From NCBI GenBank assembly GCA_000708835.1, contig DF237294.1, positions 36,362 to 100,361 of the forward strand: a stretch of 64,000 nucleotides of DNA. Direction: 5' to 3'. A program made the translations under genes and the position numbers. Origin of the DNA: Klebsormidium nitens (Eukaryota > Plantae > Klebsormidiophyceae). Every line of letters starts with the position of its first letter. Within the stretch, counting starts at the first letter, position 1. Shown here piece by piece: positions 50,457 through 62,425 of this stretch. The notes under the pieces are model-generated. The model was not told the origin of the DNA and searched no databases. It worked only from the letters and a program-made list of their open reading frames with translations.

Positions 50457-53400
50457 CGCAATCACGCGCGGCGGGACAGCTCCCGAACAGGCGGACGACC
50501 CGGGTTGAACATCGTCTTCCGATTCGTAGGCAAGCTGGCTGCGAGAAGCATGCGGGCTCAGAAGATGCGTTGCAAACGGCATGCACGCCCGGGTCAAGCG
50601 GGGTCCCAAAGGCCCTGGCGACGAGCCTGGGTAAAATCTAGACACTGCACCTTGCACATATGAAATCATTCTTTTTAATCAGGTACTTTGAATTGATACG
50701 AGGAACAGGTTTGTGATTAAGATTTTCCAGACCTTCGAAGTCAAAAGAGCCCTTTCATGGAGTATTTATTTGGTGTAAAAAGTGGACACTCGACAGTCGA
50801 CAGAACAACTTACTTAAAATTTGTCTTTCAGCCTTCTGCAAAGCAAGCTTTAGCAGAGACTTAGGTGTCGATTACAACGATCTCGTAGACATTTGTTGCC
50901 AGAAGGACTCGGGAGCTCGCTGCGTGTTTGCGGGCCTGGGCGAATGCGTACAAGCTCTTACCATTAAGCACTCACCGGGTCCCGGAGCACTTTCGTTGGA
51001 AAGCTTTTCTGATGACAGGTCACCATGGTCCAAGTTAGCGGCAAAGGCGGACCACTGCCGTCGCGAGCGCGGTATCTGGATAGGCTGTCGTCGGACCCGG
51101 GAACTCAGCGAACATGCATCATGAGTACGCACATGAGAAAGACCAGGCCGCCTATACACTCAAGAAGTTCAACCAGGTTCAACTAATCAGCATGGTTTTA
51201 TGTTGAATCAATGGGCGACATTTGGTGATAATGACACTGGCAACCCGGCAATACCGCGATACGCCAGGTTGCCTTCATTGATCATCACGATCCTCATGTA
51301 TACTAGATTGAGTACATGTGTTGAATATGATGCCTTTTCAAATTAGTCAAAGCGCCGCGCGCAAAAGGTTCATGGGCGATCAATTTATCGTAGACTTTAC
51401 ACCTCGAGTTATCTTTGACTAATTATCTAAGAATTTGACATCTACAATTATAACGGCATGATACCCCCATTGCACAATTTCGGAACATGTGGCATGGCCG
51501 GCGTCCAACCACGTGCGGAATGGATCGAAAAAGAGATTTATGAGCGCACGTCAAGAACTAATCTTGTGAGTACTAAATTCAGCATTTCATGTACAGCTCG
51601 ACTTGATTTAGTTCTCATGCAAAGCTTGTTTTGAGTATATTGCGCGGGGGACCAGTGCATCATTGAAAAGGTTGCACCGAGGATCGAATAGTACTAGGCA
51701 GTGGGGGAAGCCTGAGATATGGCGCGGGGCCCGCGATCAAACTTTCAAACCATCCTTCGTGCACTAAGCATTCGAACCATTGCACGACATAGATGTACTG
51801 TGGAAGACTTGCATACCGGACTATTTCAGACTCACTGAGCGGCCGTAGCGACGCGACGGCTGTCGCAAAGCCGGGAGCCAATTCAACGGAACCGTCGCCA
51901 TATGAATGCACGCCACGGATCTGACGCTGGTGCTCCCCGCCGATCATGCGCTATGCTCAAGCTGAGCTAGGTGAGCGAGGCTCACCATCGGGGCTACGCG
52001 TCAACTGGAGTTCGTGACTATCAGACTATTCCGAGAAGAATGCCAACCGATCGAACCCATAGCCCGATATGCAGCGTTTAGGAGGATGTTGTTGCAACAA
52101 AACGGCGGACGTCCTCGTGCGTGCACCCCGGCGTGCACGCCCGCCCGAAATGTCCGCTCAGTTCACCAGCACGCTGGGCACATGGGGGGCGCTGCTGATT
52201 GACGCGCACACTCGCACAGGTTTGGCTGCCAGGGCTCTCGGAATATTTCGAAGCGAAGCGCTCCATTGTGGGGACTTCGGAGACTCTAGCAGTCACGGGT
52301 CGCTTCCTGGTCGCTTCGCTTCTCAGAGAAAATGCGAGGAAGGATATCACGCAGCCTTACTGGGACGGTTGATTGAATTCTGGGGTGATCACTGTTCGAG
52401 GCTTGTGGCAACGGTAGCTGTGAACGAATGACGCACCGACGTTGTGCTCGTGAAAGCCAGTGTACCGCCAGTGTCTTCCACCGCCTGCGGATCACGGCCA
52501 GGCGGTTATATCATAGCGCCGTTTGAAATGACGGTGAATCGGGACAAGTGCCGTTGCATCGTTGCAGGGAAGCGTATAAACCAGTGCGAAACGATCTGAA
52601 AGTCGGAGCTTGATTCTGCCCTTGGAAGTTGTTACTTCGATCTGGTGGAGCGCCGCCAGTTGAACTTGTAAACTTGTTGTGGAACGACGACCGCTTTGTG
52701 CAGTCCGAATATGTGACCGAGAAAAGACCCTTCTGCACTGTGTTGGATTTACTCAAGGGCGGTGGAGGAAGGGCTTTGCCCGGGGGCCTGCATCCCGCTG
52801 GACTGCGTTTTGCGCATTGTGGACGCGGACCAACGGTCAGATGGCAACATGTAAGCTGGAGCGGCGGTAGGGCTCCTGCCAGAATAGTACTTGTGGACTG
52901 AGAGTCACTTTCTCGAGGCAAACAAGGAAGAAGCTGTAGAGGTAACGCGCAGGAAGGCGTACTCTGTGATCTGGCCCAGGCATGCCGACACGCCGACGAG
53001 GCATCCCCGCCGCATAGCAGGTCGACCACCCGCGTCAGCATAGTGGCCCCACAGTGGACCGGGGCCACCCCACCCCTCTCCACCAGCGGGGCCAGCGTGC
53101 CGCTGCAACCGACTTTGGGGCGAAGTCTTGGCGAAGTCAGCAGCACTGTGCTGGGACCGGAACCGGGGGCCCCCCGTTGCGGCCCCCCACCCCGAAGGGA
53201 CGCCCGTGCTGGCGTGTCTGAGTGCTGCCCTTATGACAATGTCCGGCACTTCGAACGTAATTAGATAACTAGCTGGCATTGGATCAATTATCCAAGTAAT
53301 CTTGACCTGAAAGTAGAAAAGGCTGATTGGATGATTGGAGCACGATTGAAGCTTTGGAGTCCTTGAGTGTTCAAGGAGTAGGAGCATCAGGAGCACTTCG

Positions 53401-54154
53401 ATGGGATCCACACTAGCGAAGTACACATGTACACGTGTGGAAGGACGAAGCGAGGAGGGCCATACTTCAAGTTGTGGCGCACCCCGTCAAGTCACGGGAT
53501 GTCACGATATTGAGCAGTGCTTGCAGCCGCCGTTTAACGTCCCGGGGGAGCGGATCAGGGCATGGCGGCGTGCAAGCCGCCGACCAGCACGTACTAGTGC
53601 AGGTGACAGGGCCACTAAGCAGGGGGTAAGTGGGTTGTCATTCCCTGAGGGCCGGCAAACTGAGATCACTTCGGTAGTTCTAGTACTTAACACACCAGCC
53701 TCAGAAGAGCAGACGCATTGCCAGATCGAGATCTCCCAGAAAGACTCAAGCTGAATCAGAGTCGAACTTGAATGCCAGTGCAATGCCCCAGGGTGCATGC
53801 CGGAGAAGATTTCCATGCTCGAGGGACGCTCGAGTTCAACTTATGGACGTAGTACTCGGAACACTGCACCCACGCTGTCACGCTGCAGTGCATAATATAT
53901 CTGAGTCAAAGCCGTCCGAACTTTTAGGCTGCAAGACGTGCCAACGTGCGTGTGTACTGAGATTGGGGTGAGTAAGTGTGAGAGTACAAGGAGGCAATGC
54001 AGCCTCAATGCAGAAATGATGCAGTGGGGATGCAGTGCGGTCCGGCGGCCCGGCGCCCTCAGTGCGGACCCGCGCGGCCGCGCTGCACACATTTGGCAGG
54101 CGGCCGCGACTGGCTGATCGAACTGTGATCGACAGCCTGGCTCCTTATGATGAC

Positions 54155-54335
54155 GGCACAGTTTAGGAATAGTAAGCCGTAGGAATAGTATGTAAGCTCA
54201 AACCAAACACTAAAAATCTAACCTATGAAAACAACCCGCTCCGCAGCCGTACCCACCCTAACCCCCAAACTAACCCTACCCGTCCCAGGCTGGTGAGCTT
54301 ACTATTCCTAAAGCTTACTATTCCTAAACTGTGTC
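54155..54335. mobile_element. MITE-like element (~181 bp) with ~40-45-bp inverted arms, flanked by a 14-16-bp direct repeat
   Basis: Perfect 21-bp TIR CACAGTTTAGGAATAGTAAGC (54157-54177) / GCTTACTATTCCTAAACTGTG (54313-54333), with an AGGAATAGTA subterminal repeat on both arms. Flanks are GGCTCCTTATGATGAC (54139-54154) and GGCTCCTTATGCTGAG (54336-54351). Confidence 0.8.
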
Positions 54336-54801
54336 GGCTCCTTATGCTGAGCTCCGCGCGCCGAGCGCGTTATTACATTTACATTTATTGTTTGCATGGA
54401 TGACAGCCTTATCCGCTGACGACATGCTGACCACAATGCGTGCCCCCACAAAGGTACACTTGGCATACCTATCCGGCCGCAATTATGCCAGGTAGGACCT
54501 AGCAAGAGGACTCAGGAGTACACAGCTTGGAGGAGAGCCTGAATGGCGCGCCGGAGGTGATGATCCATCGTCAGTGCAGCTCGCTGCGGCCCACATGGGC
54601 GCATCCGATGGCCGCATGGTCACCCCTGCGGCAGAGGCCGGGGAGCTTGTGAGGAAGCCAGTGCGGGCAGTGGCTCGAGAAAGTCGGGATACCGTTACGT
54701 TTCTGTGCACCAAGTAAGACTACCCTATCAGTGTATCAGTCAGCTGGAGCCTGAACTTTTTGGGCCGTTGTCAAAGTTGCCTTTGTTTGCAGTCGGCCCC
54801 C

Positions 54802-57800
54802 ATGGCGCCGCCGTCGCTCTTGTTATGCTCCTTGTCCCTTTGCTTCCTCCTGCTGTGCCCGACCGTGAGCGGGGCCACCTCACCAGCGTGCAATGTGTCG
54901 CTGCCGTGCAGTGACATCTTCTGCGGGCAGGGCGGCTTTTTGCAGGCAGCCAATGCGGCCAACATCTATGCGGACCCCAAGAGCATCGTGGACCTGCCGC
55001 TGAAGAACGCATCTGATGCGACAATTGCCGCTTTCCAGCAGCTGCAAGCCCAGAATGGCGGCAACGCATCTGCAGGTGCGAATGTCACGACCGTCTGTAT
55101 TGCAGTTTGCATCTGTGATCCGTGTCATCGTCGTCATGCGTAGGAGCTGTCGTACGTTGATCCTGCGGGTGTTTGTTAGTAGTTGCTGGGGGACGTCTTT
55201 TTGCCGAGCCTTAAGTGAGGTACCATGTTGCTGAAACGGGAGGCATACAGAATGTACTCTGGCCATGCTTCCAGACTCTAGGGCTATCGTGACGTTCACG
55301 AATACGCCCCCCAATCTGGTTAATTCCAGTATGTTGCTGGAAGCATTCTTGGTGTCGCAATCAGCGTCGGTTCACTTCAGAAAGCACTGGGAACGTTTTG
55401 CAGACCTCGTCAGAGGGCCCCTGTCCAGCACAAGTTCTCTTCTATGGGGGGGCTGGGTACTTATTTCTCCTTTTGGATGTTTGAAGAGTTCGAGTAACTT
55501 CGACAGATTGGCAACGTGACCTTTCCTTTGGTTGTTGCTTCTTTTACTCAAGGTCTTCTTTGAACGCAAGCACTGGTCCTATGCAGAAAGGAGAAGACGC
55601 CCAAGATAACAACGAAAGCAGCCGCATGAATTTTCTCCGAGCATTTCAGAGGATGCGAATTGACCTGTACATATTGTAGGAGGGTTGGGGATCATTGGAC
55701 AGGCGCTTTAGTTGTTGCAATAGACCATGCCTCGGGGCTAGCTCGTGGGCTAGCTTAGCGAGGTACATAGCTGTCCAAAAGTTGACCAGGAAAAGAAACT
55801 CAAGAGATGCAGTAGTGGTGAGGGTGTGTGGAGTGAAGCAGAAACGTGTATGCATGCGTCCAAGAGAACTTCAAGCTAGGCTGGACAAATGGTTGCCAAA
55901 AGCCAGCTGGACTCCTAGACTCCTAGACTGCCAGCTCGCTAGGTTACTCTAAAACCTGGCCCTTGTTCTCAGTTCTTCATCAGCGAAAAACATATTACCA
56001 CCCTCTACCAGGTGTGTGTACGTTTTAGGAATCTCCGATGCTTCTGTCACTGGTTGATTGGTATTGTGAGCTGCAAATGTTATCACACCAAGCAGGTAAT
56101 GTTGTCCAATCTCTCTTACCGGTTCATACGGCATGTCTCACCAACCTCAAGCTGGTCACACTTGGGCTGTCAAGTGCAAGAGGCTGTGGCCTCAGCGTAG
56201 ATTGTGCACTTCCAGCATCCAATTCTCCATTTCAATCTAGCTCTCCCCCTTGCCAGGTCAACTCCAGGCCTTCATCAGCCAGTACTTCGACCAGCCCGGG
56301 AGCGACCTCGTTGCGTACTCCCCCCCTGACTTCACCCCTGTTCCGTCTGGCTTCCTGCCCACCCTTGCCTCCGATGCTGCGAATGGCAGCTGGCGCAACT
56401 GGTCGCTGGCAGTGCACCAGATTTGGCCGCAGCTGACACGCACGGAGGCCGCCAATGTCTCCCAGCAGCCGGAGCAGCACTCTCTGCTGGCACTGCCGCA
56501 GCCGTTTGTGATTGCGGGGGACCGCTTCCGGGAGCAGTACTACTGGGACTCCTACTGGATCATCAGGTGGGGGCCAGGGCAGGGGCATGCCTTGACCCGA
56601 TACTTGTGCCTTTTCTTTATGCCGTGTGTCTTAAGGTCAATTGGAGACGTTAAAATTGTTGAACCAATAGGTGTCTACCTGCGCCTGCTCGGTTGAGCCC
56701 CGCTTTTAGACAGACATAAGGACAGTCACGTCACCTCCGAGGAAGCTGGCCGCCTTTGTCAGGCTTCCTTGTCACCTTGGACCTCCTTTGGTGCCTCTGC
56801 TGTGCCTCTGGATTTCGTTTTGACCTGCATGAAGTGAGGCCCCTCTGCTGCCCTGCCTGTGCAGGGGCCTGCTGATCAGCAACATGAACGTCACCGCCAG
56901 CAGCGAGATGGCCAACCTGCTGGCCCTGCTGCAGCGCTACGGCCATGTCCCCAATGGCGCGCGCTCCTACTACATCAACCGCTCCCAGCCACCCCTCCTC
57001 AGTCAAATGTGGGCACTGCCGCCCTTACAACAGGATTTGGTCCATCCATGCACAGCACGCACTTCCCTGAACGAATTGTCAATTGCAATTACTACAGTGT
57101 GTGGGGGCATGCACTTGATCATGGTTGTCAGTGCTCCTTCCCTCCTGCATGTACAGACTTGCCCCTGCAACCCCTGAGTCTGGCCCTGATTGGCTGGTGC
57201 AGGGTGCGGTCCGTGTACGAAGCGACCCAGAACACGTCCCTGCTCCAGTATGCAGTCCCCCTGCTGGTGCAGGAGCACACCTACTGGACAACAGGTACCA
57301 TGCATAGCCGCTGCCGTTGGCCTTTTGTCATCAATCCGAATCAAAGCGCAGTCCTGTCATGCTGGCTGGAATCTGATGTCTGGGGCAGGCAACTTTTGGC
57401 GCCCCTTTTGGCCCTGACTGCCTTGCTTCCTTGGCTGGTGCGTGCAGCCCCCAAGCAGGTGACGGTGGTGGCGCCCAGCGGGCAGCTCTACAACCTCTCC
57501 CGCTACTATGCCGAGTGGGATCGCCCGCGCCCAGAGTCCTTCGCACAGGTGAGGGCGTTGTTCCTTTAAAATGGGGTCTGGACAGTCATGGTGATTGTCG
57601 AACAGGATTGTAGTTTCGAATGTCCGCATAATCCACCTTGAAGATGACAACTCACCAGACAGGGGGAGAACCTACCCTTGGAGACATTCTCGATGAGCTT
57701 GGCTGTGTTGTCCATGTCGAGGGCCTTTGAGTAGCCTCGTCTTGTTCGTCGTTGCAGGACAGCAACACGAGTGCGGGCCTGGACCCCGTGGCTGCCAGCC

Positions 57801-59769
57801 AGCTATACCGCGAGCTGGCGTCAGGGGCGGAGTCAGGGCAGGACTTCTCATCCCGCTGGTTTGCGTAAGCACAGTACTCATCACGTTCTATCCTGTTCAT
57901 CTACGAAGTAACAGCAGTTTCGGTCAGCAGGCAGCTGAAGTACTGACTTTTCTTCCCTTCTTATTGGTTTCGTCTTTCTGGCGTTCCCTTTGCCACCTCG
58001 TATGCTGCAGATCTCAGGATTGCGGTCTGTTAAAGGAGTTTCGCCTTTAATCTGCAAACGCTTGTATCACCCTTCACCCCATCTGGCCCGGCCCTGTGCC
58101 ACCCTGTCTCACCCCGTACCCGCTCCCCCTGCAGCGACGGCCAAACGCTGCGCACGATCCGCACCACGAGTATCATCCCCGCGGACCTGAACGCGTTCCT
58201 GCTGCTCATGGAGCGCAACATCGCCGTCTTTGCCAACGTCACCGGCAACTCCTCCCTTGCTGCGCAGTTCACGGATTTCGCCGCCGTGCGTCAGGCCGCC
58301 ATCGACGCTGTTTTGTGGAGCCCTACCCGGGGTTGCTGGACCGACTTCGTGCTCGACGCCAACGCGTCTGCCGCCAACGGGTCCTCCTGCCCGGCTGTCT
58401 ACACGGGCGCGCAGCGCAATGGCTCCGTGTACGCCGCCGACTACGTCCCGCTCTGGGCGGGCGCCTTGCCGGCAGGTGTGCCCCGATGCTCGAAACGCTG
58501 GTTCAAACGTTCGAGCCAGCGCTCCGAGAGTTGAACTCTGTTCCGGCTGAAGGTCCTGACCAAATTAATTGCTTGAGTGTAGAGTGGCCAGGCTTGTCGG
58601 CAGAAGCAGATTGCAATGCACCCCTCCCGCTCTGTGCTGGCTATGGCAGAAAAGACGCCGATGTAGTCCTTATGTTTCCTGCCGCTGAACCGAGCGGGTG
58701 ACGGCATGCGCAGGTGACGCGCGGCTGGCGCAGTTGGTGGCGTCCCTCAACGGCTCGGGCCTGATCCTGCCGGGCGGCATCACCACCTCCCTCAACAACA
58801 CGGGCGAGCAGTGGTGAGTACGGCGGGCAGCCGCAACCACGCACCGCGCAGGCTGCCCTCGCCCTTCTTCCGTGGCGGTTGGCAAGAGCGCAAACGTTCT
58901 GATGGTCTCGTCTGTGCCGTCGTCTCCGGCATGTCGATCGTAGCATCCCGCGTTCCCGTGGCCCCAGGCCCGCTCTTCCCATGCCATGCCCGTTGGTCAA
59001 AGAGCATGCTTTCCTGGGTGGCCGCGCCTGACCCCCCTTCTGTCGCAGGGACTACCCGAACGCGTGGCCGCCGCTGAACCACATGATCATCGAGGGCCTC
59101 GCGACGGCCGGAGGTGACGGCGCGGCAGCGGCCCTCGCGGCCGACCTGGCGCAGCGCTACCTGCGCAACGCATTCCGCACCTTCTACGCCACAGGCGGGC
59201 TCATGAGCGAGAAGCTGGACGCCGCGCAGCCGGGCACGCCCGGGGGGGGCGGCGAATACAGGCCGCAGGTGAGCTCACCCTGCACGCTTTTGACGCGCAG
59301 ACCCGTGAGGTGGCCTTGTCATGCCCCGGAAGCGGGGGCTGACTGCGACTATAAGGCCGAGGGTAGTTGAACAGGCGTGGCCGGCTCCGACAACTCCGAT
59401 GCAGCCCGGAGTGCGTCCCCTACTAGAAACTTGATCGAGCAGCAAAAGGTCGGTTCTGTGGCATGCAATCCTTGTTCCTCTACATGCCTGAGTGAGCGGA
59501 CTGGTCCGGGTTGCACGGTGGTCGTTCATACGGAGCAGCCTTGTTGCGAGGTTTCTCTTTCATGTGGCCCTGCGGCTCCTTGTGTTCAGGTCGGCTTTGG
59601 TTGGAGCAACGGGGTCGCCCTGGACCTGCTCAACCGCTATGGAGCACTGCTGGGGGCCCCGCCAGCCGACGGCACCGCCAGCAATGGGACACTTACCGGC
59701 ACCACCGGCGGGACTGCCAACGGGACTGCCAACGGGACTGCCAACGGCACGTCGTTCACCAATCCTTAG
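54802..59769 (+). CDS. Secreted alpha,alpha-trehalase (GH37)
   Basis: Signal peptide [25 protein letters not shown]. Motifs [55 protein letters not shown] and [15 protein letters not shown]. Exons join in phase; stop TAG at 59767-59769. Confidence 0.93.
59710..59745 (+). repeat. Coding tandem repeat, 3 x 12 bp (GGGACTGCCAAC), encoding (GTAN)3 in the trehalase C-terminal tail
   Basis: Three exact copies read directly from the sequence. Confidence 0.9.
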
Positions 59770-61577
59770 AAGAAGGGCACCTGCGGTTGCGAGTTGAAGG
59801 CCCCTTCTGACTCAAGATGGTGGGTTGAAGAAGTTGTGAGAAGTTGCAGTGCCGTGTAGTAGCTGTCTTATGTAAGAGCCTGCCGCATTTTGCATGACGA
59901 GGCGGCAATACTTTTGTGGGGAAGTATGGGTAACAATAGGTCCCGTATCGAGGACTTCAGATCCTAGGCGTTGATGCGAGTAGTAGGTCTTAGACGGAAG
60001 TGTCTACGTATTTAAGCGTCAAACTTAAGAGTCAAACTTTAGGTTGCCATATCTGAGGAGCTTAGACACAGGGAAGCATAGTTTGAGGTAGTGCTTGCAG
60101 GTCGCATGCAAAGGCAGTGATTGCTATAACATGAGACGATGATGGCTAGGTCTAGGGGACTTGCTGCTTGCGGAACCATGGCAGGTATGCTTGTGTTGCT
60201 TGCACTGTCTTTGGAGAGGAGTAAGTTTAGAGGACGGCGTAATAGGCTTGAGAATACGAAGTGTAGTTTTAGGATACTTGAGGTCACTCGCATAGCTAAG
60301 TTGTTGGCGGCAGCCTGCATATATGCGGCCACAGCCGGGCCGGCTTTGTATGTGCTATATTTTCACAATCAATCCAGGAACTGTCAGTCCGCAAAATCTG
60401 ACCATCCTCGAAGATTCGCGTGTTGGCCTTGGTTTTAGCAACCAAAAAGTGATGCCGAGTCAAGTGAAAAGCGAATTGTCACGCATGCCTTGACGGTTTT
60501 CGTTGCCGACCATTCGAGTTTCAAATTACGGAAAGTCTTAACCATTTTAACAACGCCCGGCAAGAAATGGCTGGCGGCTGCCCCGGGCCCACGCCCCCAT
60601 CATGCATGCAGCAGTCTGAGCAAAGTAAAGTCGGACTAGGTCACTCTAGTGCCGCACAACATCTTTACTGTCACTCCTCGCTACTATGCCTCCCTCACTG
60701 ACAAAATATCGGATATTGTTATGGAGGCCTCGCACATGGCAAAGTACGTGCTAAGTTTGAATTGCGTCGCGGCGCGAGCCGATTGATGGTGAACGATTGT
60801 TGGATTGTAGCCTGGCCGCGCCCCTGCAAACCGACCGAGATGCTCAATCGATGGAGCGCAACAATACTGTGACAGCACAAACGAGAAGCCTCATTTGCTA
60901 TTCGGCTCTCATCGACAACTTTCTGAGCTGCTGCACATGGAGTGCGATGCGAGGAGCTGATTGAATGGGCAACCAAAGTAGGTAGTTGAAGGTCTCAATG
61001 TATATTTATGGCTGCGGAAATGAGCTCCTGTCAACACTAATAATATACAAGCTCGTTCGCTGACATCGCCTGCATGACATGGCGAATGATCTGCATCTGC
61101 GGGCCGCGGCTATGGGGGACCCCGGGCCGGTAGTACCGGTATTTGGCTGCCGGGCGGCCTCCGACTCCCGCCGAGTCCGCAACCAGGCGCTGCATGCCAA
61201 TGCCCGGGCCCGCCGCCCCTCGACCGCCGACTTGATTGACCGTACTCCGCCCCGCTTGCATGAATCCAGGAAACCTGCGAGAGAACAAATACGGTACGCG
61301 GTAACGCGGGTATCATACCTACCTAGTGTGCACTGTGCACAAATATAAATTCGTTCGGGGCGGCCGGCCTGTTGTCACTCGTGGCCCGCCCCGAACCGAC
61401 TAAAATTAGATCAATCACTCAAATTTCAATACCTATATAATCACCGGTACGTGCGGTCCCACTTCCGACGTCGAGGCGGCCGGGCGGCCTGCCGGGGGTG
61501 CGTGGGCCGTGGCCCCGCGCAGGACTCATTCCACCGGTAGTACCTACCTATAAGCTATAGGTTATAAAGTACCGCAT

Positions 61578-62199
61578 NNNNNNNNNNNNNNNNNNNNNNN
61601 NNNNNNNNNNNNNNNNNNNNNNNNNNNNNNNNNNNNNNNNNNNNNNNNNNNNNNNNNNNNNNNNNNNNNNNNNNNNNNNNNNNNNNNNNNNNNNNNNNNN
61701 NNNNNNNNNNNNNNNNNNNNNNNNNNNNNNNNNNNNNNNNNNNNNNNNNNNNNNNNNNNNNNNNNNNNNNNNNNNNNNNNNNNNNNNNNNNNNNNNNNNN
61801 NNNNNNNNNNNNNNNNNNNNNNNNNNNNNNNNNNNNNNNNNNNNNNNNNNNNNNNNNNNNNNNNNNNNNNNNNNNNNNNNNNNNNNNNNNNNNNNNNNNN
61901 NNNNNNNNNNNNNNNNNNNNNNNNNNNNNNNNNNNNNNNNNNNNNNNNNNNNNNNNNNNNNNNNNNNNNNNNNNNNNNNNNNNNNNNNNNNNNNNNNNNN
62001 NNNNNNNNNNNNNNNNNNNNNNNNNNNNNNNNNNNNNNNNNNNNNNNNNNNNNNNNNNNNNNNNNNNNNNNNNNNNNNNNNNNNNNNNNNNNNNNNNNNN
62101 NNNNNNNNNNNNNNNNNNNNNNNNNNNNNNNNNNNNNNNNNNNNNNNNNNNNNNNNNNNNNNNNNNNNNNNNNNNNNNNNNNNNNNNNNNNNNNNNNNN
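61578..62199. other. Assembly gap (N run)
   Basis: Continuous N bases; both flanks are repeat-like. Confidence 1.
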
Positions 62200-62286
62200 T
62201 ATGGAGCCTCTTACATGCTGGCACGGCCATCAGCTGCCGCGCAGCAGCATGACGGCTCAACCTTACGACACAAACGTGATGGCGCC

Positions 62287-62425
62287 CGGCAGCCATAGGC
62301 ACTGCCGGCATCATGCGGCAGGCGTTGCGGCAAACACAGCGCCGAACGGCAGGGGTCGGCAGGGGGTCGGCAGTTAACGGCATGAGTGCGGCACTGGAGA
62401 TGCCTGGTCGGCATGAGTGCGGCAC
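62287..62425 (+). repeat. CGGCA-rich short-repeat block beside the gap
   Basis: Eleven same-strand CGGCA pentamers in ~140 bp, including the 17-bp direct repeat CGGCATGAGTGCGGCAC at 62378-62394 and 62409-62425. Confidence 0.7.

Noticed and set aside
54255-54280. Interstitial telomere (CCCTAA-like)
   Set aside because: Only two or three degenerate units, inside the MITE spacer.
55727-55760. Additional SINE heads (CTCGGGGCTAGCTC at ~55731; GCTCAAGCTGAGCTAG at ~51955)
   Set aside because: Matches of about 13-15 nt without a B box, body or TSD; could be chance.
60039-60976. Minus-strand gene converging on trehalase
   Set aside because: Short unconnected ORFs with no motifs or consistent splicing.
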